A stretch of DNA of 63,266 nt, counting the filler, from Octopus bimaculoides (Eukaryota), in assembly GCF_001194135.2 (NCBI RefSeq). It is 8 parts of 8 records of this genome, joined end to end, with 100 filler letters (N's around TTAATTAATTAA, not from the genome) between each part and the next. Parts side by side here need not be neighbours in the genome. Positions count along the whole stretch, not along the records: positions 61,775 to 63,266 come from NC_068982.1; 7 more parts are not named here. One strand, 5' to 3'. Positions 63,011-63,266 of this stretch are shown in pieces (positions within the stretch are counted from its first letter, which is position 1; each line of letters starts with the position of its first letter). The position numbers were made by a program, and so were the translations under genes. Under the pieces are notes generated by a model, which was not told the DNA's origin, searched no databases, and saw only the letters and a program-made list of their open reading frames with translations.

Positions 63011-63266
63011 GATGTGATAGGAATAGAGATGTATGAGAAAGAGAGAAGATAACTCAAGAAAGAAAACAAAATGTAATGAAAACTGAAAAATATATATCAG
63101 GGAAAAGAGAGAGAGAGGCTGAGAAACAGAGAAACTAAAAGAGAAAAAGGGAAGGAGAGAAGATGTGATAAGAATAGAGATTTTTGAGAAAGAGTGTAAA
63201 ACGAGGTACTATAAGGGAAATTGAGTGAAAACTTTAGTAAAAGGGAAGATTTATATATATATGCAT

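Overview
AT-rich, microsatellite-saturated animal genomic DNA with about 20 assembly gaps. The SINE families and repeat load suggest an octopus/cephalopod genome (inference; no database search was run). I found no recognisable host protein-coding gene, rRNA, tRNA gene or CRISPR array; most ORF-track entries are translations of microsatellites or N-runs. The window is a transposon graveyard. (1) Eight fragments of restriction-like-endonuclease (RLE) non-LTR retrotransposons of R4/Dong type, most stacked in or beside (TAA)n tracts, including a ~700-bp doubly deleted mini-element. (2) The 5' part of an APE-type LINE with a CCCH-finger ORF1. (3) RTE-type and L1/Tx1-type LINE remnants. (4) A near-complete but broken Tc1-like transposase with DD36E spacing, plus mariner, hAT and TTAA-type MITE remnants. 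(5) At least six SINE-like families (my labels A-F, >35 copies), one of whose tails is amplified into a ~150-bp tandem array. (6) Penelope-type minimal hammerhead ribozyme motifs, one with an intact catalytic core at 38806-38897 (minus). TTAATTAATTAA inside N-runs is a scaffolding linker, not biology. All translations and alignments were done by eye, so coordinates of degenerate repeats are approximate (about +/-10-20 bp).
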